DNA of 64,000 bases. Origin: Euryarchaeota archaeon UBA86. Its GTDB lineage: Archaea; Thermoplasmatota; Poseidoniia; Poseidoniales; Thalassarchaeaceae. This document shows, in pieces, positions 45,726 to 54,780 of this stretch. The translations under genes were made by a program, and so were the position numbers. Every line of letters begins with the position of its first letter. The stretch's first letter is position 1. Location: contig DAQX01000026.1 of NCBI GenBank assembly GCA_002503055.1, positions 46,071 to 110,070 of the forward strand, written 5' to 3'. Under the pieces are notes generated by a model, which searched no databases, had not been told where the DNA came from, and saw nothing but the letters and a program-made list of their open reading frames with translations.

Positions 45726-45948
45726 TGTATATTCTCCTTAGGCTCTCGGCCCCACTTTCGGGGCCTCGCTCCCGGTTTTCGCCAATTGGCGGTTCGGTGG
45801 ATGGGCGCAAAACGCCCGCGAGTGTGGCAGAGTACCTGCAATCCGTGCGACTCGGGTACCCTTCATGAACGCTACTGTTTGGTTAGTCGACTATTATCGA
45901 TAGTAGATGTTCGCGAGGAATTAAGGTACTCGGCGCCAATCGCATTGC

Positions 45949-46419
45949 ATGGAGGCGGGCATTGGGGATTGTCTGGAGGTTTTCCGTGGGGCCACAAGAT
46001 TGGCCTTACGTGACGGTCATCTCTCAAACGGCGAGAAGCGTCTTCTAGTCAAGTTGGCTCATGTACTTAGATTGGAGGAGGATGAGCCTCGAATGGTGTA
46101 TGATTCAGTGATTGAGAACACAGAGCAACTCATGGGTGGCAGAGAATTGGGTGATCAAGAGAAAATGATGGTATACGAGCAGGTGTTAGAGGCCGTGCTG
46201 ATTCACACTGACAGATCTGAGGACGAATTAATGATGGTTGCCTATTTGCGAAAGGCTTTCCAGATTAGTGATGCAGAGCATCGAGCCATCACTCGCAGTC
46301 TAGACCGTCAGTTGGAACAGACAATTCATCGCAATGTATTGCAGGATTTCCGCATGCGTCTCGATGACACCATGGAGAAGATTGGTGGCATCTTCGACCG
46401 AATTGGGATACAGATTTGA
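45949..46419 (+). CDS. Hypothetical protein, possibly TerB-like
   Basis: The 156-aa sequence LRDGHLSNGEKRLLVKLAHVLRLEEDEPRMVY is reminiscent of TerB/DjlA N-terminal helical repeats. This is a weak assignment. Confidence 0.35.
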   Translation: MEAGIGDCLEVFRGATRLALRDGHLSNGEKRLLVKLAHVLRLEEDEPRMVYDSVIENTEQLMGGRELGDQEKMMVYEQVLEAVLIHTDRSEDELMMVAYLRKAFQISDAEHRAITRSLDRQLEQTIHRNVLQDFRMRLDDTMEKIGGIFDRIGIQI

Positions 46420-46426
46420 GGTTCTT

Positions 46427-47077
46427 ATGGCCCAGACCGAATCGCTTGATGAATTCCTCGATTCTCAGCCTCTACGAATCCACCGTTCTGACCGTAAATT
46501 GGCCAAGATGGTTCGTGAGGCATACCCCATTGGAGTTCCTGCTCTAATCATGAAATCAAGTACCGACCGATTGGGTGAATCCGCGGGATACGAGTTTCAC
46601 CTCGGAACGCCCGATGAGCTTCTCCGGCGATTGGCATCCTGGTTGCTCACCGGAGCATTGGACGATCAACGAATCCTCTTGCGTTTGGTTGGTCGACTTT
46701 GGGCACGGCATGGACGTGAGGATGTTGCTCTAGCAGCCTTGCTGTTAGCCAATCTAGATCATGCTTCGCTGGGCACGGACCCTTGGCAGGTGCTTTCCTC
46801 TTCAATTCGAGAGACTGAGCCTGCAGAAGCCCTGTTACTGAGTATTGAGGAATTGGTCCGGGCTGGTCGTGAGATTCCTGCTGATGAAGTCGTAATAGGC
46901 TGGTGCCAGACTAGGCGAGTAGATGGGCATCTGGCAATATTGGTGGCACATGCGGGCTCTCTCAATGCACAACGCCCGAGTGAAGGTGTGCTTGAGGCCT
47001 TAGGCACTGTCGAGATTCCTACCGGAGATTCACTACTTGGTAGAATAATGGACAGAATGGTTTCATCGCAAGCGTAG
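46427..47077 (+). CDS. Hypothetical helical-repeat protein
   Basis: A ~216-aa ORF starting at ATG 46427 (MAQTESLDEF), alpha-helical and Leu/Ala-rich. I recognise no family. Confidence 0.4.
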   Translation: MAQTESLDEFLDSQPLRIHRSDRKLAKMVREAYPIGVPALIMKSSTDRLGESAGYEFHLGTPDELLRRLASWLLTGALDDQRILLRLVGRLWARHGREDVALAALLLANLDHASLGTDPWQVLSSSIRETEPAEALLLSIEELVRAGREIPADEVVIGWCQTRRVDGHLAILVAHAGSLNAQRPSEGVLEALGTVEIPTGDSLLGRIMDRMVSSQA

Positions 47078-47109
47078 TACTGATGTTTGTTGACGATAGC
47101 GGGTGAGGC

Positions 47110-47319
47110 ATGAGTAGTCGTCTGCTACCCTCGGATGATCCGATTGCAGAGCAGGTCCTAGAATGGACCATTCAGCGTGATGCTCAAGATATTCGGCAGT
47201 TAATGCGATGGATGGAAACCAAGCGCTCTAGAAAAGATAGGGCTGCATTACTGAATCGTTCTCTGGACTTGATGGATGAAATTCAGCATGCGCTACGCCG
47301 ACTCGATGAGCTACGGTGA
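47110..47319 (+). CDS. Small hypothetical protein
   Basis: A 69-aa ORF that fits the gap between neighbouring genes and ends 4 nt before the mobA ATG. I recognise no family. Confidence 0.3.
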   Translation: MSSRLLPSDDPIAEQVLEWTIQRDAQDIRQLMRWMETKRSRKDRAALLNRSLDLMDEIQHALRRLDELR

Positions 47320-47323
47320 TTGC

Positions 47324-47887
47324 ATGAGGTCACTGATACTCGCTGGAGGGCGCTCATCGAGAATGGGTCGCGATAAGGCATTGATTGAAATTGATGGTGA
47401 GGCTTGCATCGCGCGCATTGCTATGGCCTTGGCTGAAGCGGGGCGTGAGCCGATTCGAATTGCGGTGGCAGAACCTGAGGATGTCGAATCTTATGGTGCG
47501 GTTATTGACCCACAGATAGAAGTCGAATGGGTGTTGGATGCTGAGCCTTATTCGGGCCCAATTGAAGCGTTAGTTGAGGCCTTTGAAGATCCATTGATTG
47601 TGTCGGAAACAATTCAACTTGCCCCTGTAGATGTTCCTTGGGTAGAATCGGGACTATTCGTATCACTCGAGGATGCTTTGGCTTCCTCGGACTTTCTAGT
47701 CATGCCGAGTGATGGTGTTTGGAATCACCCCTTACTGGCTTTAGTTCGACCAGATTTGGTTCTCAGTAGGCTTGTTTCAGGTGATCGTAGGCCCCTCCAC
47801 TTGCAGTTCGCAGAAATGCCGCACTCAATTCTGCTCGAGGATGCTGAGATGCTCAGGAATGTCAATCAACCTGAGGATCTAAAGTGA
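47324..47887 (+). CDS. mobA: Molybdenum cofactor guanylyltransferase
   Basis: The N-terminal block LILAGGRSSRMGRDKALIEIDGEA is typical of MobA, and the size from ATG 47324 (~187 aa) fits. Confidence 0.75.
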   Translation: MRSLILAGGRSSRMGRDKALIEIDGEACIARIAMALAEAGREPIRIAVAEPEDVESYGAVIDPQIEVEWVLDAEPYSGPIEALVEAFEDPLIVSETIQLAPVDVPWVESGLFVSLEDALASSDFLVMPSDGVWNHPLLALVRPDLVLSRLVSGDRRPLHLQFAEMPHSILLEDAEMLRNVNQPEDLK

Positions 47888-48511
47888 AATCTGGCCCGAA
47901 CAAAGTCTGTCCAGGGTTTCAGGATACAACACATGCTCAACTTGTTTGATTCTCTCTTGCAGTGAGGTCTCATCGTCTCCTTCGTTCACATCGACTTGTA
48001 CCTGAGCGAGTATTGGGCCTGTATCTACACCCTCGTCGACCATATGTACGGTACAACCAGACACGTCAACACCTGCTGTGAGTACATCGCGGTGCGCATG
48101 AGCGCCCGGGAAATCTGGGAGTAATGAAGGATGTATGTTGACTAATCTCCCCTTCCAGCGTCTCACAAACCAAGGTGTCAGGATTCGCATATAACCGCTG
48201 AGTACGACTAGTTCGATGTCATGCTCCCCTAGTGCTGCATGCACCAGTCTTTCATGGGTGACGCGTCGCTCCTTGGCTTCGGCTTCCATAGGTATGGGAA
48301 TTCCTAGACTTGGGACACCTGCATCAATGCTGTGCTGTAGACCATCAGCATCCTCTTTGTCTGCGATGACCAATGTTGTTTGGTGTGTCCTCGAGGTCCT
48401 CTGATATTGGAGTAGTGCGGCCAATCCAGAGCCGCCCCCAGAAATCATTACAGCGACTCTGATTGGGTCTTCAAGTGAGCCTGTTCTCGGCAGTACGAAG
48501 TCGTCGCTCAT
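47879..48511 (-). CDS. purN: Phosphoribosylglycinamide formyltransferase
   Basis: VMISGGGSGLAALL, GYMRILTPWFVRRWKGRLVNIHPSLLPDFPGAHA and TVHMVDEGVDTGPIL are present. The ORF is open to 48556; I chose ATG 48511. Confidence 0.85.
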   Translation of the reverse strand: MSDDFVLPRTGSLEDPIRVAVMISGGGSGLAALLQYQRTSRTHQTTLVIADKEDADGLQHSIDAGVPSLGIPIPMEAEAKERRVTHERLVHAALGEHDIELVVLSGYMRILTPWFVRRWKGRLVNIHPSLLPDFPGAHAHRDVLTAGVDVSGCTVHMVDEGVDTGPILAQVQVDVNEGDDETSLQERIKQVEHVLYPETLDRLCSGQISL

Positions 48512-48605
48512 GACCACTACGAGGGCAGGTAGGGCTTGAGAATTGGGGATAGGCATCTAAGGTCGAACACTCGGTTTTATCGCTATAATCCGGCCGCGAG
48601 ATATT

Positions 48606-49091
48606 GTGGAACGCCTTCAGACCATTGATGAGGTAGTCGAGAAGTACTGTGTCGCCAGCAGCCCCGCGAAGAGCAAGTTCTATGTCGGCCTAGGGATGAT
48701 GTTTCTTGGATTCGCTGTAATCGGCATCTGGGTTCCCGGCTGGCCGACTGTATCATGGGCGGTTCCAGCCGCATTCCTATTCTCAATGTCCAGCGAAAAG
48801 ATGTTCAGGATGACTCTGACAAATCGCTACTTCGGGGTTGCCATGTTCGAGTATTATGCTACAGGTAAGACCATTCCTAAGCATGCCAAGTACGGTACTG
48901 TAGGCCTTATTGCAGGCATGACTTCTGTCTCATCATATTTCGTATGGTTCGTATCAACAAAGGGCGAGGGGGTGCTTAACGACCCCTCTTCTTGGAATGG
49001 CGAAGATCCTGGATTCGGTGCTGCTACTGTCATACTTGTAGGCCTGATTGGTATGTGGTATGTCGGACTTAAGGTTCCGACCAGAGAGTAG
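48606..49091 (+). CDS. Small membrane protein, possibly DUF454/YbaN-like
   Basis: A 161-aa protein with about 4 TM helices. LGFAVIGIWVPGWPTVSWAVPAAFLFSMSSEKMF resembles the YbaN N-terminus. It has a GTG start. Confidence 0.4.
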   Translation: MERLQTIDEVVEKYCVASSPAKSKFYVGLGMMFLGFAVIGIWVPGWPTVSWAVPAAFLFSMSSEKMFRMTLTNRYFGVAMFEYYATGKTIPKHAKYGTVGLIAGMTSVSSYFVWFVSTKGEGVLNDPSSWNGEDPGFGAATVILVGLIGMWYVGLKVPTRE

Positions 49092-49094
49092 ATT

Positions 49095-49889
49095 ATGTCT
49101 AGTATTGTGGTGCAAGGACACCGATTCCATTACCTTGAACATGCGGGCGAAGGAGTGCCGGTCCTACTGCTCTGTAGTACCGGATTAGACTCGAGGCAAT
49201 GGAACGACTTATTGCCGATGTTGGGCAAAAGGGGGGCGATTTGTCTTCACTATCTTTGCTACCCTATGACGGATAGCTGGACTGGCGAAGAAGAAATTGA
49301 TTCTTCATTAGACTATGATGCTGCAGAGGTTCTTCTTCTCAATCAAAGTGGTGCGGTGGACATAATTGCACACTCTTATGGGGGATTCATTGCATTGAGA
49401 TTGGCTAAAAATCACCCAGATAGGATTCGTAGAATAGCCATCCATGAACCTACGGTCTGGGGCTGTCTACAACATACAAACAAGGACGAATTGAAGAATG
49501 AATTTGGAGAAGTCGTTGAGACCTTCTTCACGGAAGGATTGCAACCGGAAGAATTCCTACAAGACTTCGTAGATTACTGGAACGATATTGGCACTTGGGA
49601 ATTGATGCCCGAACATAGGAAACAGATGTGGAGGAATCTGCAACCAAAGATACTGAGTGAGGTGCGTCTGCTGTGCTATGATAAGACTCCTCCATCATAC
49701 TATTCTTCCATACGTCATCCAATCCTGATTACTCTCAGTAAAGAGACACCCCCTCATCAATTTGAGGCTTGTACGATTCTTTCATCGATACTTGAGAATG
49801 TGAGAGTAGTCGATGTACCTGGAGGACACATGGGAGTAATTACCAGATCCCAAGTAGTAATGCCACATCTGGCTAATTGGGTTGAGTAG
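49095..49889 (+). CDS. Alpha/beta-fold hydrolase
   Basis: The nucleophile elbow IIAHSYGGFIA is present, together with an N-terminal HG-like oxyanion segment (VPVLLLCSTG) and a C-terminal GGHMG. Confidence 0.7.
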   Translation: MSSIVVQGHRFHYLEHAGEGVPVLLLCSTGLDSRQWNDLLPMLGKRGAICLHYLCYPMTDSWTGEEEIDSSLDYDAAEVLLLNQSGAVDIIAHSYGGFIALRLAKNHPDRIRRIAIHEPTVWGCLQHTNKDELKNEFGEVVETFFTEGLQPEEFLQDFVDYWNDIGTWELMPEHRKQMWRNLQPKILSEVRLLCYDKTPPSYYSSIRHPILITLSKETPPHQFEACTILSSILENVRVVDVPGGHMGVITRSQVVMPHLANWVE

Positions 49890-49890
49890 T

Positions 49891-50625
49891 CTAGTCCTTG
49901 GGTCCCCAAGGAGTAATCTGTCGCGTGAGGCCGAGCCTGTGTGTGAATAAGAATCTCAGATTGAGTAATCCGTCCCCCCATGTATTGATTTCAGCCTCGC
50001 CAACACGAGGGCGGTAAGGGACGCTGATCTCTTTGGTATTCTGCTTGCCCAGATAGCGTCGTGCGCGAATCTTGAATTCCTGTGACAGTGGCATTCCGTC
50101 GTGCTTTGGCCTAATGCGCTCGTCCTCGAAAATCGACTTACGGAATACCCACATGCCGCTTTGTGAGTCGTGTATTCCGTACCAATAGAGTATCTTGGCT
50201 GTTGTAGAAAGAACCCAGTTACCAAACCCGTGCACTCCTGGCATGGCTCCCTCTTCTGCTCTGCGTAACCTGTCGCAGGTAATCCACTGTAAATTTTCGC
50301 TGACTAACTTGTGAACCAAGTCTGGGACCTCTTCGCCTGGATATGTACAGTCAGCGTCCATGGTGACGATGATATCTCCGGCGGCCATTGCAAAACCGGT
50401 CTTGTATGCCCTACCGTATCCCTTGCGAGGCTCTAGATAGACAGTAGCGCCCTCTGATTCTGCCAGTTCCCTAGTGCGGTCAGTCGAGTTACCATCGACA
50501 ATCAAGAAGTCGAGTTTGTCGCACCAACCATCGTTTGGAACTGAACGAATCGTGTCGACGATGGCTGCCTCCTCGTTGCGGGTCGGAATGACCACGGTCA
50601 CATGTACAGGTAGAGTCTCGGCCAT
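49891..50625 (-). CDS. Family 2 glycosyltransferase (dolichyl-phosphate sugar synthase-like)
   Basis: VTVVIPTRNEEAAI, LIVDGNSTDRT and VTMDADCTYP (DxD) are present. I chose ATG 50625; the ORF is open to 50799. Confidence 0.8.
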   Translation of the reverse strand: MAETLPVHVTVVIPTRNEEAAIVDTIRSVPNDGWCDKLDFLIVDGNSTDRTRELAESEGATVYLEPRKGYGRAYKTGFAMAAGDIIVTMDADCTYPGEEVPDLVHKLVSENLQWITCDRLRRAEEGAMPGVHGFGNWVLSTTAKILYWYGIHDSQSGMWVFRKSIFEDERIRPKHDGMPLSQEFKIRARRYLGKQNTKEISVPYRPRVGEAEINTWGDGLLNLRFLFTHRLGLTRQITPWGPKD

Positions 50626-50730
50626 GCTATCGAAGTCGCCCACCCAAGTCCTCGTTTTGAACAATACGAATCGCTGCCCCGGGGTCGTGCTCTTGAAATG
50701 CGGGCGCTGAGCCGCGAATACGGCGATTCC

Positions 50731-51966
50731 ATGCATATAGCGATGCTGTCGGCCGAATATCCCCCCCGCTGGGGCGGAATGGGCTCTACTGTGTACCATC
50801 TATCAGCTTCACTAGCCGCGAGAGGTCATCAAGTGACTGTGATTACTCGCTCAGGAGGAGGAGGCAGTCCGCCCAGTATCGAGGGCGTTGATGTAGTCAG
50901 TGTAGGCTGGCTTCCAATTCCAATGGCGTTCACTCGCTCCTACGGGAGAAGTGCTCTGAGGGCCCTAAAGCGAGTGCATGCCAGCAGTCCTGTCGATGTG
51001 GTGCACTTGCACTGTCCGATGATCTCTTGGTCGGCCAAGCAATTTCGTGATTGTAGAAACTCAGTGGCTCCGGTAGTCTCGTCTCTGCACGGATCTTGGC
51101 TAGGGGAAAGAGATGGTTTGGTCGAAGCGTCGAAGAACAAGGAAGCAGCAGTATGGGCCAATCCAAACGATTTGGCCATCCTTATGACTGCTAAACACTA
51201 TGCCGGATTTGAACGCGCTGCAGTTAGAGAGTCGAGTATTTGTGTGGCCAATTCTCAGGCGACCAAGCAGGATTTTATGCAGCGCTACTCGCCTCCTAAG
51301 AACTGGGATTGTGAAGTCGTTCATTGGGGGGTTGACACGAGTATTTTCGTGCCATTGCACGGGGATGATGAGGATGCGATGGCAACCCATGAGGTAATTC
51401 GTACTAGATACGATGTGGTTTCCTCTGACTCGCGGCTTTTGTTGGCTGTTGGAAGACTCGCTGCGAGGAAGGGTTACTCATCTCTTCTCAGAGGCTTTGC
51501 TAGAGTTCACGCCTCTGCTCCCGCGACCCGTTTGGTAATCGTTGGCAGGGGCCATCTACGTTCCAGACTCAATCGTTTGGCCAAGTCTCTAGGAGTTGGC
51601 GAATCTGTCTACTTTGAGCCTGGAATGCCATTTGAAGAGTTAGCCGAGTTGTTCCGCTCGGCCGACTTAGTTGTCTATCCATCGTACTACGAAGGACAGG
51701 GATTAATTCCTCTCGAGGCGATGGCTTCCGGTACCCCGGTTGTCACAGTCAATCACGGACCATTGCCGGAAATGGTGGATGATAGTGTCGGGAGTCTTTT
51801 CACGATGGCAGATGAGGAATCTATGGCTGAAGCAATTCTGACTGAATTGAATTCGGATGCAGCCCTCAATGGCAAGGGAGACAATGGTAGGAGAAGAGTG
51901 CTGGAGAGTTTTACTTACGAAGGGAATTCCGAGAGTTTCGAAGCCATTTACGGAAGAGCCAAGTGA
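50731..51966 (+). CDS. Family 4 glycosyltransferase (GT-B, Glycos_transf_1)
   Basis: MHIAMLSAEYPPRWGGMGSTVYHLS is the N-terminal GT4 motif, and PSYYEGQGLIPLEAMASGTPVV is the E(x7)E block. Confidence 0.85.
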   Translation: MHIAMLSAEYPPRWGGMGSTVYHLSASLAARGHQVTVITRSGGGGSPPSIEGVDVVSVGWLPIPMAFTRSYGRSALRALKRVHASSPVDVVHLHCPMISWSAKQFRDCRNSVAPVVSSLHGSWLGERDGLVEASKNKEAAVWANPNDLAILMTAKHYAGFERAAVRESSICVANSQATKQDFMQRYSPPKNWDCEVVHWGVDTSIFVPLHGDDEDAMATHEVIRTRYDVVSSDSRLLLAVGRLAARKGYSSLLRGFARVHASAPATRLVIVGRGHLRSRLNRLAKSLGVGESVYFEPGMPFEELAELFRSADLVVYPSYYEGQGLIPLEAMASGTPVVTVNHGPLPEMVDDSVGSLFTMADEESMAEAILTELNSDAALNGKGDNGRRRVLESFTYEGNSESFEAIYGRAK

Positions 51967-52025
51967 GGGCCGGTGTCGGGGAATTATTCATTCGTTAGTC
52001 ACGCTAGCGTACCAGAGGGAGAGTC

Positions 52026-53087
52026 ATGGGGGAGAGACAAAATCTGAAGGATTTGGATGCGGGAACAGTAGCTAATGTCGGTATCATTCTACTGGTGGCA
52101 GTACTTGCAATCAAGGAACTTGAGTCGATTATTCAACCCCTGATTATTGCAATTCTACTATTCCTGCTGATTCGACCCGCTGCGCAGTGGATTGAAGATC
52201 GTCCGATTATGCAGAAGTATGCTCATCCATTGATGCCGTATGGCGTTCTTGTAGTGATTTTGTTCGTTGTATTGTGGGTTGCTTCGCAGTTGCTTTACTC
52301 CAACCTCACAGCATTCACAGAAGAAATCCCCGCTCTAACTGATCAACTCAATGATAAGTTGGCTTGGATTGAGGAGTTAGAAGTCAGAGGATACTCGTTC
52401 GATGTCAGTGGAGTAACTGCGCTGATTAGTCTGGACACCATCAACAACTACCTGACTGGTTTCGTCGGCTCGCTTGCAAGTTTCACCGCTAGCGCGGTGA
52501 CAGTACTGATTTTCCTTCTATTCATCATCCTCGAGGCAGAGACACTGCCTCGACGGCTCAAGGCGGCTTATCCGGAAGATGTTGAGAGGATTGAGGCGGT
52601 TGCTAGTTCGTCTGGGGAGGGTATCAACACCTATGTGGTAACTCGCGCGACGGTTGCCTTAGGACAGGCAGTAGTAGCAGGCTTCGTACTTTGGTGGCTA
52701 GGTATTCCGGGTTGGTTCATGTGGGCTTCTATCACCTTCATGATGGACTTCATCCCATATGTGGGGGCACTAATTTCTCTCATACCGCCAATCTTCCTAG
52801 GCTTCATCGTACTAAGTCCGACTTGGGCGATTGGATTGATTCTGATTCTAGTACTCAACCAGCAGGCTTGGGGGGCTATTGTTGAGCCTCAGTTGGCGGG
52901 TCAGAGGCTAGACATGTCGCCAATTGTTCTACTGCTGCTAGTTGCATTCTGGGGCTGGGCGTGGGGAGTGATGGGTATGGTTCTAGGAGTTCCTCTTGCT
53001 GTAATCATGAAGATTGCACTTGAGTCGGACCCAAGGACTCGTCCAATTGCGCTAATGTTGTCTAGAGATCCGTCCCCTCCAGAGTGA
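52026..53087 (+). CDS. AI-2E (PerM/UPF0118) family transporter
   Basis: A polytopic membrane protein of about 350 aa carrying FMMDFIPYVGALISLIPPI, which is characteristic of AI-2E family proteins. Confidence 0.6.
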   Translation: MGERQNLKDLDAGTVANVGIILLVAVLAIKELESIIQPLIIAILLFLLIRPAAQWIEDRPIMQKYAHPLMPYGVLVVILFVVLWVASQLLYSNLTAFTEEIPALTDQLNDKLAWIEELEVRGYSFDVSGVTALISLDTINNYLTGFVGSLASFTASAVTVLIFLLFIILEAETLPRRLKAAYPEDVERIEAVASSSGEGINTYVVTRATVALGQAVVAGFVLWWLGIPGWFMWASITFMMDFIPYVGALISLIPPIFLGFIVLSPTWAIGLILILVLNQQAWGAIVEPQLAGQRLDMSPIVLLLLVAFWGWAWGVMGMVLGVPLAVIMKIALESDPRTRPIALMLSRDPSPPE

Positions 53088-53097
53088 TGGGTTTTGA

Positions 53098-53697
53098 TTA
53101 CGCTCTCTCAACCATTACAGCGAGTATTCCGTCGGCTCCAATTCTCACGGTCTCAGATTGCGAGACATTGTGCAGCCCCTTGGTGGAAAGTGAAAACTCA
53201 GAGCCGTGTATTTCCCACTGGGCTCCTTCGATTTGCACATTGCTGCACGAAGTGAGTGCGAAAACCGAGAATTGAGTTCCCTCGCTGATTATCAATTCTC
53301 TTTCCTCAGAATGAATTCTGTGAGTGATTGAATCCCTGTGATGCAACCGGATTGAGGGGCCTGGTAGAGCTTCGCAAAGTGCAGCCCAATTGCCCAGTTG
53401 ATGGCTACTTGAACCGCCATCGCATCCTACGACATCAATCTCCTGGAATCCTCTTTGAGCAAGGAGGTTGAGAGATTTCACAAGATCGCTACTCGACTGG
53501 TCGGCAAGTTCGGTCATCTCTCCGTCCCAGTTCTCAGAGATGGAGTCCAAATCACCGAGTACCTCAGAAACATCATATCCAGATTGAGATGCTTTGTCAG
53601 CACCTCCGTCGATTCCGAATATGGCGGCTCCGTCGACTAATCCAGCTAGGATGGTATCAGAGGGCGGGTCGCCATTACACCATACTAGGGCGCGCAC
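53098..53697 (-). CDS. Thiamine pyrophosphokinase
   Basis: ALVWCNGDPP, IFGIDGGADK and VLGDLDS match the TPK catalytic domain pattern, and a small C-terminal beta domain follows. Confidence 0.65.
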   Translation of the reverse strand: MRALVWCNGDPPSDTILAGLVDGAAIFGIDGGADKASQSGYDVSEVLGDLDSISENWDGEMTELADQSSSDLVKSLNLLAQRGFQEIDVVGCDGGSSSHQLGNWAALCEALPGPSIRLHHRDSITHRIHSEERELIISEGTQFSVFALTSCSNVQIEGAQWEIHGSEFSLSTKGLHNVSQSETVRIGADGILAVMVERA

Positions 53698-53701
53698 TCA
53701 C

Positions 53702-54733
53702 TCACCTCTTCCTCGCGGTGACTCTGCCCTCTACCACGAGGTCGACATCGTTGAGTTCGATTGTGGGGTCGAGCATGACTCCGCGAACATGAATACCGAC
53801 ATTGGCTGAACCCCCTAGAGCTGAATTGTCACCAAATCCGAAGTATGCCGCACCACGTACAACTTGGTCCTCTAGGCGCTTGCCAGATATCTTGGCTCTG
53901 GGATTCATACCAAAGCCAAATTCTGCTACTGTATTGACCAAATTCGCTCGACTGGGGCGTAGTCCAACTCTGGCCTCGTCTAGAACTTCCTGCAACTTTC
54001 CAGCCGTCTCGCCCCCGGAAATACCTACGACCAAACCATCCTCGACGAGGAACGTGATTGGTTCTTCGAGTAGAGCCCCTTCCCAAGACCCGTCAATTAC
54101 AATCTTGCCACTCATCGATTGTTCCTGAGGCAATACGAATACCTTGCCGGCTGGTAAGTTGGTAACTTGGCCCGGACGATTGCAGATGCCGTTGTCTTCC
54201 AGTACCCATCTAGCACCGGTTCGAAATCTGATATCAGTTCCAGCCTCAGTAGTAACTCTGACATCGCGCCGCCTTCGGAGAAGTGGGTTCAGTCCGGATA
54301 TCTCTTTCTGCAAGGCGTTGTAATCAGCAGTCATTCCACCTGAAGCCATCATCTCCTGTGTAATTCCTGGCATCGAGGCAATTCTGGCACCTTCACGGGA
54401 CGAGGTTAATCTTGCTCTGGTATGAGTGAGTGAGTTCTTAGTGGCTAGCAGTACTACATTCTGTCGTCTCATGAGGTCTCCGACCGAGGCCGGTGGCTCG
54501 TTGCCCTGCATGTGACTGCGTGGCATCATCATCATCAGGATACGATCAGTTACTTCGGATGCGGCCTCGTAAAGAGCCCGGCCGACCTCTGAAGTTGTAG
54601 GATCGGTCACGACCAGCACATTCTCATGTGGTCTTACTTGCATACATGTGCGGATTACCGAGCGGGCAGCGGTAAGCATCTCCTCCTCGAGGTCTTCCTC
54701 ATCGGCCTCTGCTTGGTCCTGCTCCTCGGACAT
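53702..54733 (-). CDS. M29 (aminopeptidase T/AmpS-like) metallo-aminopeptidase
   Basis: NLPAGKVFVLPQEQSMSGKIVIDGS, VAEFGFGMNP and YFGFGDN resemble thermophilic M29 aminopeptidases. Confidence 0.6.
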   Translation of the reverse strand: MSEEQDQAEADEEDLEEEMLTAARSVIRTCMQVRPHENVLVVTDPTTSEVGRALYEAASEVTDRILMMMMPRSHMQGNEPPASVGDLMRRQNVVLLATKNSLTHTRARLTSSREGARIASMPGITQEMMASGGMTADYNALQKEISGLNPLLRRRRDVRVTTEAGTDIRFRTGARWVLEDNGICNRPGQVTNLPAGKVFVLPQEQSMSGKIVIDGSWEGALLEEPITFLVEDGLVVGISGGETAGKLQEVLDEARVGLRPSRANLVNTVAEFGFGMNPRAKISGKRLEDQVVRGAAYFGFGDNSALGGSANVGIHVRGVMLDPTIELNDVDLVVEGRVTARKR

Positions 54734-54780
54734 CTCTCTCGACCCGTGATGAGAGTTCCGTTATTCAAGACAACTATGTC

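Noticed and set aside
45766-45880. A possible tRNA or C/D box sRNA in the GC-rich region upstream of dnaG.
   Set aside because: No 7-bp acceptor pairing, no 7-nt T loop and no anticodon arm could be drawn on either strand. No RUGAUGA / CUGA box pairs are present. The region is kept only as an unclassified structured element.
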